Shown piece after piece: positions 20,119-28,446 of a stretch of 64,000 bases of DNA; positions within the stretch are counted from its first letter, which is position 1; every line of letters begins with the position of its first letter. Source of the stretch: Minisyncoccota bacterium (GTDB taxonomy: Bacteria; Patescibacteriota; Minisyncoccia; Phycocordibacterales; PALSA-1337). The stretch lies in contig JBAZRG010000001.1 in assembly GCA_041663145.1 (NCBI GenBank), positions 74,467 to 138,466 on the forward strand, read 5' to 3'. A program made the translations under genes and the position numbers. The notes under the pieces are model-generated. The model searched no databases and was not told the origin of the DNA. It saw nothing but the letters and a program-made list of their open reading frames with translations.

Positions 20119-20268
20119 AGCTCGGCAAATACTGTCCTAAAATAACTCACAAGGTCACCCGCTCCAAATTGCAACCGTATTAGAGCAGATGGAACTACTC
20201 TAATACGGGCAATTTGTTCGGGGTTCAAATCGCATTGTGAGTTATTTTAGGACAGTATTTGCCGAGCT
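20119..20268. repeat. Perfect 34-bp inverted repeat (AGCTCGGCAAATACTGTCCTAAAATAACTCACAA) flanking an 82-bp core that contains an 11-bp-stem hairpin
   Basis: Arms at 20119-20152 and 20235-20268 are exact reverse complements. The inner hairpin CCGTATTAGAG...CTCTAATACGG is at 20175-20208. It sits between convergent genes. Confidence 0.85.
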
Positions 20269-20270
20269 CC

Positions 20271-21539
20271 CTAATATCTTGAGTACCAGACATCATTTCT
20301 CCAGACCCAGTTAGAATCCATACCGCCGAAGACGAATATTTTATCTTTGAATAGAAGTACAGAATGATCTTCACGACCAGTCCACTCTGGATCGATTTCT
20401 GTTTTTTTCCAGATCTTACCATCATCGGAATACCAGATATCGTTCACACCCTTGAGATCGGAATCATCTAGTCTACCTACTGTCCATAATTTATCTTTGT
20501 ATCCTATAAGCGAATATCCTTGTCGAGCCTGCCATGGCGGATTGTTTGTGACGAGTTCCCAGTCCATGCCGTCTGTCGAAGACCAAATATCGTCGAATGT
20601 ATCGCCAGATAGATTCATTCCGCCAGACAAATATATTTTATCTTTGAAAATTGCTGTATCGTGATCCCAGCGTGGTTTCCAAGGTGTAGGAGTTTTGACT
20701 TCTTTCCAAGTGATACCGTCTTCTGAATACCAGATGTCATTTTTGACTGATCTAGCATCATAATTCACACCTCCAAACATCCACAATTTATCTTGAAAGA
20801 CTTCCAGTGTCTGACCTTCACGAGCAGGCCAGTCGGCATTTGCTACGACTTTTTTCCAGTTTATACCATCAGTTGATTGCCATATATCGTTGGTGTATCC
20901 ACTCTTCACTCCGTATCCGCCGAGCATCCATAGTTTATCCTTGAAAAATGCAACCGACATGGATCTGCGAGCCGACCAGTCCGCGCTTTTACGTACCAAT
21001 TTCCAGTTTATACCATCATCGCTGTTCCAAATATCGTTGAAATGAGGAGCATCCCAATAGTGAACATTATGATTCTTATCGACTTCGGTATTTCCATTGA
21101 GACCTCCCATAGTCCACATCTTGTCTTTAAAGACAAAGCTGACCGCGGAATCTCGTGGTTGCCACTTTGCTTCGGCTGTAGCCATAGACCAGTCTAGTTT
21201 GGCTGGATCGAAAATGTTGGATTGGATTTGGGTTGCTTTGATTTCTGGAGTAGCATTGATTACAGGCGTTATAAGGGGAGTAACTATAGGCGTAACTCTG
21301 GCTCTAGGAGTAATGAGGGGTGTCATCGTGACTGCTGGTGTAGCCATAGGTGTGGTTCTAGGTAGAGGAGTGGCGAGCGCTAAGACCAAAGGAGTTTCGG
21401 TAGGATTTGATGGAGAAATGTTTTGGGCAGAAGCTTTTTTGTACAACTTTGCATTGTTATCTACCAGATAGTTTATGAGATAATCTGAGCCGAACTTGGT
21501 GCAGATGACAAGGATGAGGAGGAAAATCATTCCTTTCAT
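20271..21539 (-). CDS. Secreted Kelch-repeat beta-propeller protein with a Pro/Thr-rich linker
   Basis: Six repeats of '(N/D)DIW.S.DG..W' followed by 'W..R..H....FKDK(L/I)W..GG'. N-terminal signal 'MKGMIFLLILVICT'. PT-rich linker. The start at 21539 is chosen to avoid overlap with the dnaX start; the track ORF extends to 21671. Confidence 0.6.
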   Translation of the reverse strand: MKGMIFLLILVICTKFGSDYLINYLVDNNAKLYKKASAQNISPSNPTETPLVLALATPLPRTTPMATPAVTMTPLITPRARVTPIVTPLITPVINATPEIKATQIQSNIFDPAKLDWSMATAEAKWQPRDSAVSFVFKDKMWTMGGLNGNTEVDKNHNVHYWDAPHFNDIWNSDDGINWKLVRKSADWSARRSMSVAFFKDKLWMLGGYGVKSGYTNDIWQSTDGINWKKVVANADWPAREGQTLEVFQDKLWMFGGVNYDARSVKNDIWYSEDGITWKEVKTPTPWKPRWDHDTAIFKDKIYLSGGMNLSGDTFDDIWSSTDGMDWELVTNNPPWQARQGYSLIGYKDKLWTVGRLDDSDLKGVNDIWYSDDGKIWKKTEIDPEWTGREDHSVLLFKDKIFVFGGMDSNWVWRNDVWYSRY

Positions 21540-21643
21540 AAAAAAGATCAAACCTCTCTTATCAAACCGAGAATTATCCTCATTCATATGCGTACATAAT
21601 AACACAAGGCACAATCGTAAAATTTTTCGTTTTACGGTAAACT

Positions 21644-22684
21644 GTGGACATGGCAGTATTATATAGAACACACCGTCCTTCAGTCTGGAATGAAGTCGTC
21701 GGACAAGATCAGGTTACAGACTCGCTTAGAGATGCCGTAGACAGTGGACGTGTGGCACATGCCTATCTGTTTTCCGGATCACGTGGTACTGGCAAAACAT
21801 CGGTGGCTCGCATATTGGCTGGTGCTCTCTTAACATCTGGTGAAGATGTCTATGAGATCGACGCGGCCTCGAATCGTGGTATAGATGATATACGCGAACT
21901 CAGGGAACATGTTTCGATCTTACCTTTTAGCTCCAAATACAAAGTCTACATCATAGACGAAGTCCACATGCTCTCAAAAGAAGCTTGGAATGCGCTTCTG
22001 AAAACTCTGGAAGAACCGCCGGTACATGTTATCTTTATCCTTGCTACGACTGATTTGGACAAAGTTCCTGATACTATCATCTCCCGTTGTCAGACTTTTG
22101 TCTTTCGTAAGCCATCGAGAGAGATCTTGCGCAAGGAAGTGACGAGAATAGCAAAAAAGGAAGGTTATGATCTGGATCTCGGTGCCGCGGATCTCATAGC
22201 ACTACTTGGTGACGGCTCATTTCGAGATGCGCTCGGAATGTTGGAAAAAGTGATCTCTGCATCAGGGGACCAAAGTTCAAAGACAAGCAAGCAGATCAGT
22301 CGTGAAAAAGTCGAATCTATCACAGGTGCGCCTAGAGCAGAGCTGGTGAACTCTTTTATCGAAGGACTTATGGCAAAGAAGAGCGACGATACCCTTGGTG
22401 TTATATGCGAAGCGGAAAAAGCTGGTATCTCGATGAATATTTTTGTGACTCTGATATTGGAAAAATTACGTTTCATCCTGATCATGACACATTCAAAGTC
22501 ATCTGAGGTGAATATTAAAGATCGCCTCTCGCCGGATGATCTAGAATTCGTAAAAAAGCAGGCAGAAACCAAACTTCTGACTCCATCCATGCTCTACGCC
22601 ATGCTCGAAGCGGCTGAAGGCGTTTCTCGAGCAAAAATCGAGCAATTGCCCCTAGAGTTGGCTGTCGTGAAGATTTGTGGTTAA
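21644..22684 (+). CDS. dnaX: DNA polymerase III subunit gamma (short form, no tau extension)
   Basis: 'YRTHRPSVWNEVVGQD', Walker A 'GSRGTGKTS', 'DEVHML', and sensor 'SRCQ'. Confidence 0.8.
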   Translation: MDMAVLYRTHRPSVWNEVVGQDQVTDSLRDAVDSGRVAHAYLFSGSRGTGKTSVARILAGALLTSGEDVYEIDAASNRGIDDIRELREHVSILPFSSKYKVYIIDEVHMLSKEAWNALLKTLEEPPVHVIFILATTDLDKVPDTIISRCQTFVFRKPSREILRKEVTRIAKKEGYDLDLGAADLIALLGDGSFRDALGMLEKVISASGDQSSKTSKQISREKVESITGAPRAELVNSFIEGLMAKKSDDTLGVICEAEKAGISMNIFVTLILEKLRFILIMTHSKSSEVNIKDRLSPDDLEFVKKQAETKLLTPSMLYAMLEAAEGVSRAKIEQLPLELAVVKICG

Positions 22685-22865
22685 ATTGTGAAGATGCGAT
22701 AGTGTGTAGTAACATTTACAATCTTGCGGGCTCCTCCTTCGCTCTTGCAGAGCTACGGAGGACACAGTCGTCTAATGGGTGGGTCGCCTACGCTTGCTGT
22801 CGCAAGCTTCGGCGGACCGAAGTCGTCTTGGTGATCGTTATACTGTGTAGTTACATTTACAACTT

Positions 22866-22936
22866 TGCGGGCTCGTCTAATGGTAGGACTCCTCCCTTTG
22901 AAGGAGGCTATTGGGGTTCGAATCCCTGGCCCGCAG
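22866..22936 (+). tRNA. tRNA-Gln (TTG)
   Basis: Acceptor TGCGGGC/GCCCGCA. Anticodon stem CCTCC/GGAGG with loop CTTTGAA. T-loop TTCGAAT. Confidence 0.75.
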
Positions 22937-23081
22937 CAAATAAATTACATAAAACAATAATATGAAAAATAAAACTCAAGTATTCATGATTCACGGAGGA
23001 ATGACTTTCAAAAACAAGAGAGATTATTTACATTTAGAATCAATAAATTAAATAATATGGCAACAATATCATATAATATCT

Positions 23082-23597
23082 ATGAGTAAAAAATATATAT
23101 GTGACGGAACAAAATATGAGATTGGTGGCCCGAAGGCTGATACAATAGGTTTACCAGTTTCTATTATGGGTCAACCTTTAAAGATAAGTGTAGAAGGCTA
23201 TGAATTACAGTTAAAATCATCATTCCACATTAGTCTCGTTTGTATCGGTAAGATGATTGAGAAGCATAAGATATCTATTCCTGATTTTGTAAATAAAGTC
23301 ATTGAAGACTTCTGTAGCTATGTTAGTACTACGGAAATAAATTTTTTGAAATATCGTAATGAATTTAGATTCGTCTCACAAAATGAAAGGCGAACCATTG
23401 TTGCAATGTGTGATATTTCTAATCTAAAAGAGTTTTTTGACTTGATTAACAAAAAGTATTCCTTGAAAGTTGAATATCAACCTACACATGTAACTATCTA
23501 TACCTTGCAACCAGAATTAGGCATCTTTCTATCTGACAGTAATGATTTACGGGAGCTTACAAAGGTAATTCCTAAGCCTGAAGGTGTGAATATATAG
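23082..23597 (+). CDS. Possible 2H-phosphoesterase (LigT-like) family protein
   Basis: Two H-x-S/T-x motifs ('FHISLV' and 'THVTIY') spaced about 90 aa apart. A 29-codon ORF upstream (about 22985-23075, 'MKNKTQVFMIHGGMTF...') looks like a gene fragment. Confidence 0.35.
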   Translation: MSKKYICDGTKYEIGGPKADTIGLPVSIMGQPLKISVEGYELQLKSSFHISLVCIGKMIEKHKISIPDFVNKVIEDFCSYVSTTEINFLKYRNEFRFVSQNERRTIVAMCDISNLKEFFDLINKKYSLKVEYQPTHVTIYTLQPELGIFLSDSNDLRELTKVIPKPEGVNI

Positions 23598-23675
23598 TTG
23601 TTCCAGCAGCGTCCCATCCGGCCAGCAAAATGATCTGTACCTCATAAAGCAGAATTTTTTGGGCACTAGTGAGCT

Positions 23676-25031
23676 TTATGCTATTCTTTTTAGTGGCATA
23701 GAAGCCTCAAGTAATTTTTGGGCTTTGCCATTCTTAAAATTTGTGAACACTGCCTCTTCATCGTACGAACCGTAAACGTATTTGGATTTCATTACGAAAG
23801 TGTGTGGTGACGAAGTGGGAATAAATCTATGAGCGCCCTTTAAGGGATTATTAGTCTTAGGACCATAGCTTATCAGGATATCTTTGATTCTAGATATCAC
23901 ACTGTCTCCCCAAACGCTTCGATATATACCTTCATATTTCGCATAAGATATTTTTGAGTGACTGGAATAATCCTTAGATTTATTTATGATCATGTCTATA
24001 GAATCCAGTAATCCATCTGTTATCCGGCTTGCATTTGAATCCAGGGTATTTGTAAGGACGACAACGCCGATATCATTTTTTGTGTCAAAGGCGGTACGCG
24101 TAATAAAACCATTGAAACCACCTCCGTGCCCGATAATCTTCCGGCCATTAAGATAATTGATATCTAGACCCAACCCGTATTCATCACCGTCTTCTGTCTT
24201 GGCGTGTGGTCTGCTCATCTCTTTAACAGATTCTCGGTTGATGACATGCAGTGGGTTGTGATTTAGCGAAAGAGACGAAATGAATTTTATCAGATCAGTT
24301 GCATTTGAAACGAAGCCTGTGGCTGGCGCATAGGCATTTGTGGCGTAATGGTTAAACACTATTCTATTTTGATCCGGTGTTTCAGAACCATACCCAGTAG
24401 CTATGTGCTTTATTTCTTTCTTGTAATCTACATATGTATTCTTCATGCCGAGCGGTTTGAGAATCATTTTTATCACATATTCCTCATACGACATTCCAGA
24501 GGCCTTTTCAATCACTAATCCCAGAAGTGAATAGCCGTAATTGGTATATTTGAACGTAGTCAGGTTTTCAATGACTAATGACTTGGAAGAAAAAGATTTC
24601 TTCAAATCTTTTGGAAATTTACCATTTTCCCAATGTGGCGTATCTCCATCACGGAAAACACCCGCTGTATGTGATAACAATTGACGAACAGTGATATGAG
24701 AAGCGTCACTATGTTTAGTTTTGGCCTTAAACCAGTCTATATAGTCAGAAACATGATCATCGAGCCTGAGGTTACCTTCCTCGACAAGCTTCATAATAGC
24801 AACCGCCGTAAACATTTTTGAATGCGAGGCGATATGATACAAAGTATCGGCGCCTGCTTTTTGCTTATGTTCAACATCTGCAAAACCAAAACCCTTTGCG
24901 TAAATGATTTTACCGCCATGAGAAATAGCGATCGAAATTCCTGGTGTCTTATCGTATTTAATTTTCATGGGAATCCATGCGTCTACGATATGACCGATCT
25001 GTTGTATTGCCGTTGAGATTTGGTTATTCAT
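23676..25031 (-). CDS. Beta-lactamase-family serine hydrolase (class C / PBP-like)
   Basis: SxxK 'SHSK', Y-x-N 'YTNYGY', and a C-terminal KTG-like region. 451 aa. Confidence 0.6.
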   Translation of the reverse strand: MNNQISTAIQQIGHIVDAWIPMKIKYDKTPGISIAISHGGKIIYAKGFGFADVEHKQKAGADTLYHIASHSKMFTAVAIMKLVEEGNLRLDDHVSDYIDWFKAKTKHSDASHITVRQLLSHTAGVFRDGDTPHWENGKFPKDLKKSFSSKSLVIENLTTFKYTNYGYSLLGLVIEKASGMSYEEYVIKMILKPLGMKNTYVDYKKEIKHIATGYGSETPDQNRIVFNHYATNAYAPATGFVSNATDLIKFISSLSLNHNPLHVINRESVKEMSRPHAKTEDGDEYGLGLDINYLNGRKIIGHGGGFNGFITRTAFDTKNDIGVVVLTNTLDSNASRITDGLLDSIDMIINKSKDYSSHSKISYAKYEGIYRSVWGDSVISRIKDILISYGPKTNNPLKGAHRFIPTSSPHTFVMKSKYVYGSYDEEAVFTNFKNGKAQKLLEASMPLKRIA

Positions 25032-25138
25032 AACGTATTTAATCTACATCCACCTGAGCTCTAAGTCAAAAGAATGTAGAGAAGTCGGCAACGGAAACAA
25101 AATATCTAATATGTCGAAATGCGTGCTACTATAATGTA

Positions 25139-25804
25139 ATGCAAAATAAAATAGATAAAAATATCAAGAAAGTCGTCTATTTTATTAGACACGGACAAAG
25201 TGAACATAATATTGCGCCAGTTTTTCAGTCTCCAGATTCACCACTAAATGAACTTGGTAGGAAGCAGGCCTTGTCAATTGCAAAGCGAGTATCCAAGATA
25301 CCATTTGAAGCTCTGATTTCTAGTCCATTTGCGAGAACAAAAGAAACTGCTGATATTATTTCCAAAGCGACAGGTAAGGAATATGAACTTTCTGATTTGT
25401 TTGTCGAGCGTGTGAAGCCGACTATTGTAAATGGTAAACCCTATGAAGACAAGGAGGCAAATGAAATCTGGAAAGAATGGGAAAAGAGTCTTTACACCCG
25501 GGGTGTGCGCGTTGCTGACGGTGAAAATTTTGATGATCTAGTAACTCGTGCTGATAAGGCTCTTAAATTTCTTCAGGATAGACCGGAAAAATCTTTAGTA
25601 GTGGTAACGCACGGCTTTTTTCTGCGAACATTGATTGCTAGAATACTTATTGGTGACTTTTTATCCGGAGAAGCATTCTTCAGATTTCAAAAGAGTGCAT
25701 CCATGGAAAATACCGGCATAACGGTCATACGCTATCAATCAAGTTTCGAACAGACAGATAATTGGCGTCTATGGATCTATAACGACCACGCTCATCTAGG
25801 ATAA
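25139..25804 (+). CDS. Histidine phosphatase family protein (phosphoglycerate-mutase-like)
   Basis: The 'VYFIRHGQSEHN' RHG motif and a second His region 'VVVTHGFF'. Confidence 0.7.
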   Translation: MQNKIDKNIKKVVYFIRHGQSEHNIAPVFQSPDSPLNELGRKQALSIAKRVSKIPFEALISSPFARTKETADIISKATGKEYELSDLFVERVKPTIVNGKPYEDKEANEIWKEWEKSLYTRGVRVADGENFDDLVTRADKALKFLQDRPEKSLVVVTHGFFLRTLIARILIGDFLSGEAFFRFQKSASMENTGITVIRYQSSFEQTDNWRLWIYNDHAHLG

Positions 25805-25977
25805 AGTATCAATAACGGCTTAAATCCCTTCGGATAACATCCCCACGACCAGCAGTCAACATAGTATTGGGAGTCCGGGGAGTTAATTTTACTTGTAATT
25901 TTCTGCGGTTATGATAGTGTATAGATACAAACGGCTTCGGCCCGACTCTACCGCAAGGTAGAGGTAACAAGAAGGAT

Positions 25978-26172
25978 TCAGGGTAGCAATGCCTTGAATT
26001 TTTTATAAATGATAACAGGACGGAGATAGTCTTCACCTCCGCCATCTTGCTCAAATCCAACATTCACTCCAAGAGTACACCACCAAATTTCTCCTTCATG
26101 GAAAAAGGGGCGCTTTTCGATCTGGTCAATTACGAATTTCTTATCATGCCACTTTTGAAAGTCTTTTTTCAT
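25978..26172 (-). pseudogene. Truncated paralogue of the MazF/PemK-like toxin at 28447..29082
   Basis: The 64-aa product 'KDFQKWHDKK...EGEIWWCTLGVNVGFEQDGGGEDYLRPVIIY' aligns to residues about 85-150 of the 211-aa copy and then terminates. It shares the upstream 'ATTTCCAAATAAAT..AATTTTGTTA' promoter-like block and the downstream hairpin block. Confidence 0.6.
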
Positions 26173-26443
26173 TGATTTATATTATACTTGTAATTACCAT
26201 GTCTTAACAATCCTGAATCAGTTGAGGTCAGAAATGCTCATTTACATTTCCAAATAAATTTAATTTTGTTAAAATACTGAAAGTTCTTGTAAATAGAAGG
26301 GGGTGAGGGGGAGGACTCCCCAATAAAGGTTGGCGCTGAGGAGGTCCGTAAATGCGCCGTAAACCCTTGTCCCCTTATGTTTATAAGATTTTGAACAGAG
26401 TCTGATCATTTGCCATTAATTGTTGATTTGAGTTAGTATTCAC

Positions 26444-26860
26444 GTGAATACCATAAATAGCACTACTATGAAATCCGTAACAATATGTTCAAGCAATAAG
26501 TTTGCAAAAGAAGCACTGGCCTTTGCTGAAGAATTAAAGAAGCTTGGCGTTACCGTCCTTGCTCCACATTATTATGCTTATAATTACGGGGATGTGGACA
26601 AGGTTGAGGGTCACAATAAGAAATTCATAGCTATGGGGCTCACGCATGATCATTTCAATAAAATCAAGAAAGGGGATGTCATATTCATCTTCAATAAGGA
26701 CGGCTATAGTGGCAACAGTGTCACACTTGAACTTGGCTATGCAACGGCTTTGGGGAAAATTATTTATGCTCTTTCTGATAAGGATCCTGAGACATGCAGA
26801 GATATATTATTTACCGGGTATGCAGATACACCGGAGAAGCTAGCTAAATTACTCAAATGA
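26444..26860 (+). CDS. Nucleoside 2-deoxyribosyltransferase-like (NDT/Rcl fold) protein
   Basis: C-terminal 'SVTLELGYATALGKIIYAL' contains the catalytic-Glu motif of the NDT family. The likely start is Met 'MKSVTIC'. Confidence 0.55.
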   Translation: MNTINSTTMKSVTICSSNKFAKEALAFAEELKKLGVTVLAPHYYAYNYGDVDKVEGHNKKFIAMGLTHDHFNKIKKGDVIFIFNKDGYSGNSVTLELGYATALGKIIYALSDKDPETCRDILFTGYADTPEKLAKLLK

Positions 26861-27306
26861 AATCAAAAGTAAAAATTTACGTACTTGGAAGTAGTCATTT
26901 CCAAGAAGAAATGGTTAAGTGTTCTGAACAATTGCGTACCTTGGGGCACGGTGGATGGATCCATCCAGATTATGAGGCCTTTGTGCGAGGTGAGAAACAA
27001 GACATTGTTAGTCGTTGGTTAAGTGGTGAACATGCCGCAGTTAAACGAGAGAATAATTATCTAAAGGAACATTACGAGCATATCTTGGAAAGTGATGCGA
27101 TCCTCATAGTAAATGCCGAAAAGAATGGCGTTAAAAACTATATCGGTGGAAATGTGCTAATTGAAATGGGACAAGCTTTTGTCAATAACAAGAAAATCTT
27201 CTTCCTCTATGGTATGCCTACAAAGTCTGCATATCTAGATGAAATTGAGTGTATGGATCCTATTTGTCTAAACGGAAAATTGGCGGATATTAAGAAGTAT
27301 TTATAG
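26857..27306 (+). CDS. Nucleoside 2-deoxyribosyltransferase-like protein, second paralogue
   Basis: 'KIYVLGSS' N-terminus and 'GGNVLIEMGQAFVNNKKIFFL' Glu motif. Overlaps the upstream gene by ATGA. Confidence 0.55.
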   Translation: MKSKVKIYVLGSSHFQEEMVKCSEQLRTLGHGGWIHPDYEAFVRGEKQDIVSRWLSGEHAAVKRENNYLKEHYEHILESDAILIVNAEKNGVKNYIGGNVLIEMGQAFVNNKKIFFLYGMPTKSAYLDEIECMDPICLNGKLADIKKYL

Positions 27307-27309
27307 ATA

Positions 27310-28050
27310 ATGGCTTAACAAAGCCAGATTTAGCATATCCTATTGGACAAAGTGTCAAAATGCTTGACAAATGCTGTGGGTATGCTATACTTGTCGTGTC
27401 AGGATAAGGTATTGGATACAATCTTGATGTGCTTAGTAGGCACTTTCTTCAGTACATTGTAAGTCAAGTCAGTTTCGAGGGCGCGAAGCATTTCTTCTTC
27501 GCCCTCGTCTTTGCGGTTTGGCGCTTCGGGGGTTCGTCCCACGTGCTACCGGCCGCATGTAAAAGGGCAGTTCTGGCTATAGCCTCTCTATCAGAAAGAG
27601 CCAGATAAGTGAAATTGGGTTGCAGGTATTTGTGAGAAACAAATACCACGCATGCGTTTCACTTAAGGAGATTCATTTCTCTTACCTCCATGCTTTGGCA
27701 CAAAAAGTGGAGGCGGACAACAGTTAGAATGTGTCTTGCTCGATACCCCTGAAAGAGAAAATCTGAAAGCAATATTTCAGGAAGGGGATTGAGGACAGAA
27801 TCATCTCGCGAGGATTCTATGTGGGGGTAGTAAGTGGCAAGTCGCCCACCTTCATGACCCGTCAAGCTTTCATGCGAACAAGGTTTGCCGCATGAGCCAC
27901 CCAGCATCATCTGGTGTTGGTTACAAAAGAATTTCCGAGTGGAAGTTCTGCAAACCATTAGTTACCTGCCCCTGAGCTGCGCCACATTTTGGCGATGGCT
28001 CGGGGGTTTTCTTTTTATACTAATCATAGTGGTGGAATGAAAGCTGTACA
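27310..28050. other. About 740 bp non-coding, GC-enriched, hairpin-rich region (candidate structured RNA or decayed foreign DNA)
   Basis: No ORF longer than 99 aa in any frame. GC is roughly 50% against about 38% in flanking genes. There are strong hairpins, for example CGAGGGCGCGAAG...CTTCGCCCTCG at 27477-27510, and a GGGGGTTTTCTTTTT terminator-like run at 28003-28017. Confidence 0.4.
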
Positions 28051-28055
28051 AAAAA

Positions 28056-28355
28056 GTGTTAAATTTAGTGTTACATAGGAACGAGATAATACGCCCAATG
28101 ATATATTACACTTACATTCTCAGATGTGCCGATGATTCTCTGTATGTTGGGTGTACGAACGATCTTGAAAAACGTCTTTTTCAACATAACAATTCTAAGC
28201 GAGGCGCGCACTACACGAAGATCAGAAGACCTGTAATATTGGTATACCACGAGAAATTCGTCACTCTGAGGAAAGCTCGAGGAAGGGAAGCAGAGCTCAA
28301 AAGTTGGAGAAGAGAACAAAAATTGGCGTTGGTGGGTACTAAGAAAAAGGCATAA
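28056..28355 (+). CDS. GIY-YIG nuclease superfamily protein (YhbQ/UPF0213-like, about 90-100 aa)
   Basis: 'YYTYILRCADDSLYVGCTNDLEKRLFQHN...GAHYT' GIY-YIG core. The start is probably the Met at about 28098. Confidence 0.65.
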   Translation: MLNLVLHRNEIIRPMIYYTYILRCADDSLYVGCTNDLEKRLFQHNNSKRGAHYTKIRRPVILVYHEKFVTLRKARGREAELKSWRREQKLALVGTKKKA

Positions 28356-28446
28356 CGAAATTGCTTTTTATTCATTAATTTGCTATTGTATGGACACAAG
28401 TGGCTTCGGCCTCACCTCCGAAAGGAGGAGAACAGGTGGAAAAATG

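Noticed and set aside
22675-22965. A 96-aa ORF spanning the tRNA-Gln locus
   Set aside because: It covers the tRNA and its duplicated-leader insert, which is non-coding repeat DNA.
27464-27958. Two minus-strand ORFs (61 and 99 aa) inside the GC-rich non-coding region
   Set aside because: Neither has a recognisable motif. Their composition (Arg, Gly and Cys rich) is typical of chance ORFs in GC-rich structured DNA. I treat the region as RNA-like or decayed.
27310-28050. Tried to read this region as RNase P RNA, tmRNA, SRP RNA or a group I/II intron
   Set aside because: By eye on either strand I could not find the universally conserved blocks: P4 'GGAAAGUCCGG...ACAGAACCCGGCUUA', a tmRNA tag ORF plus tRNA-like end, group II domain V, or any rRNA signature. 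It stays unassigned.
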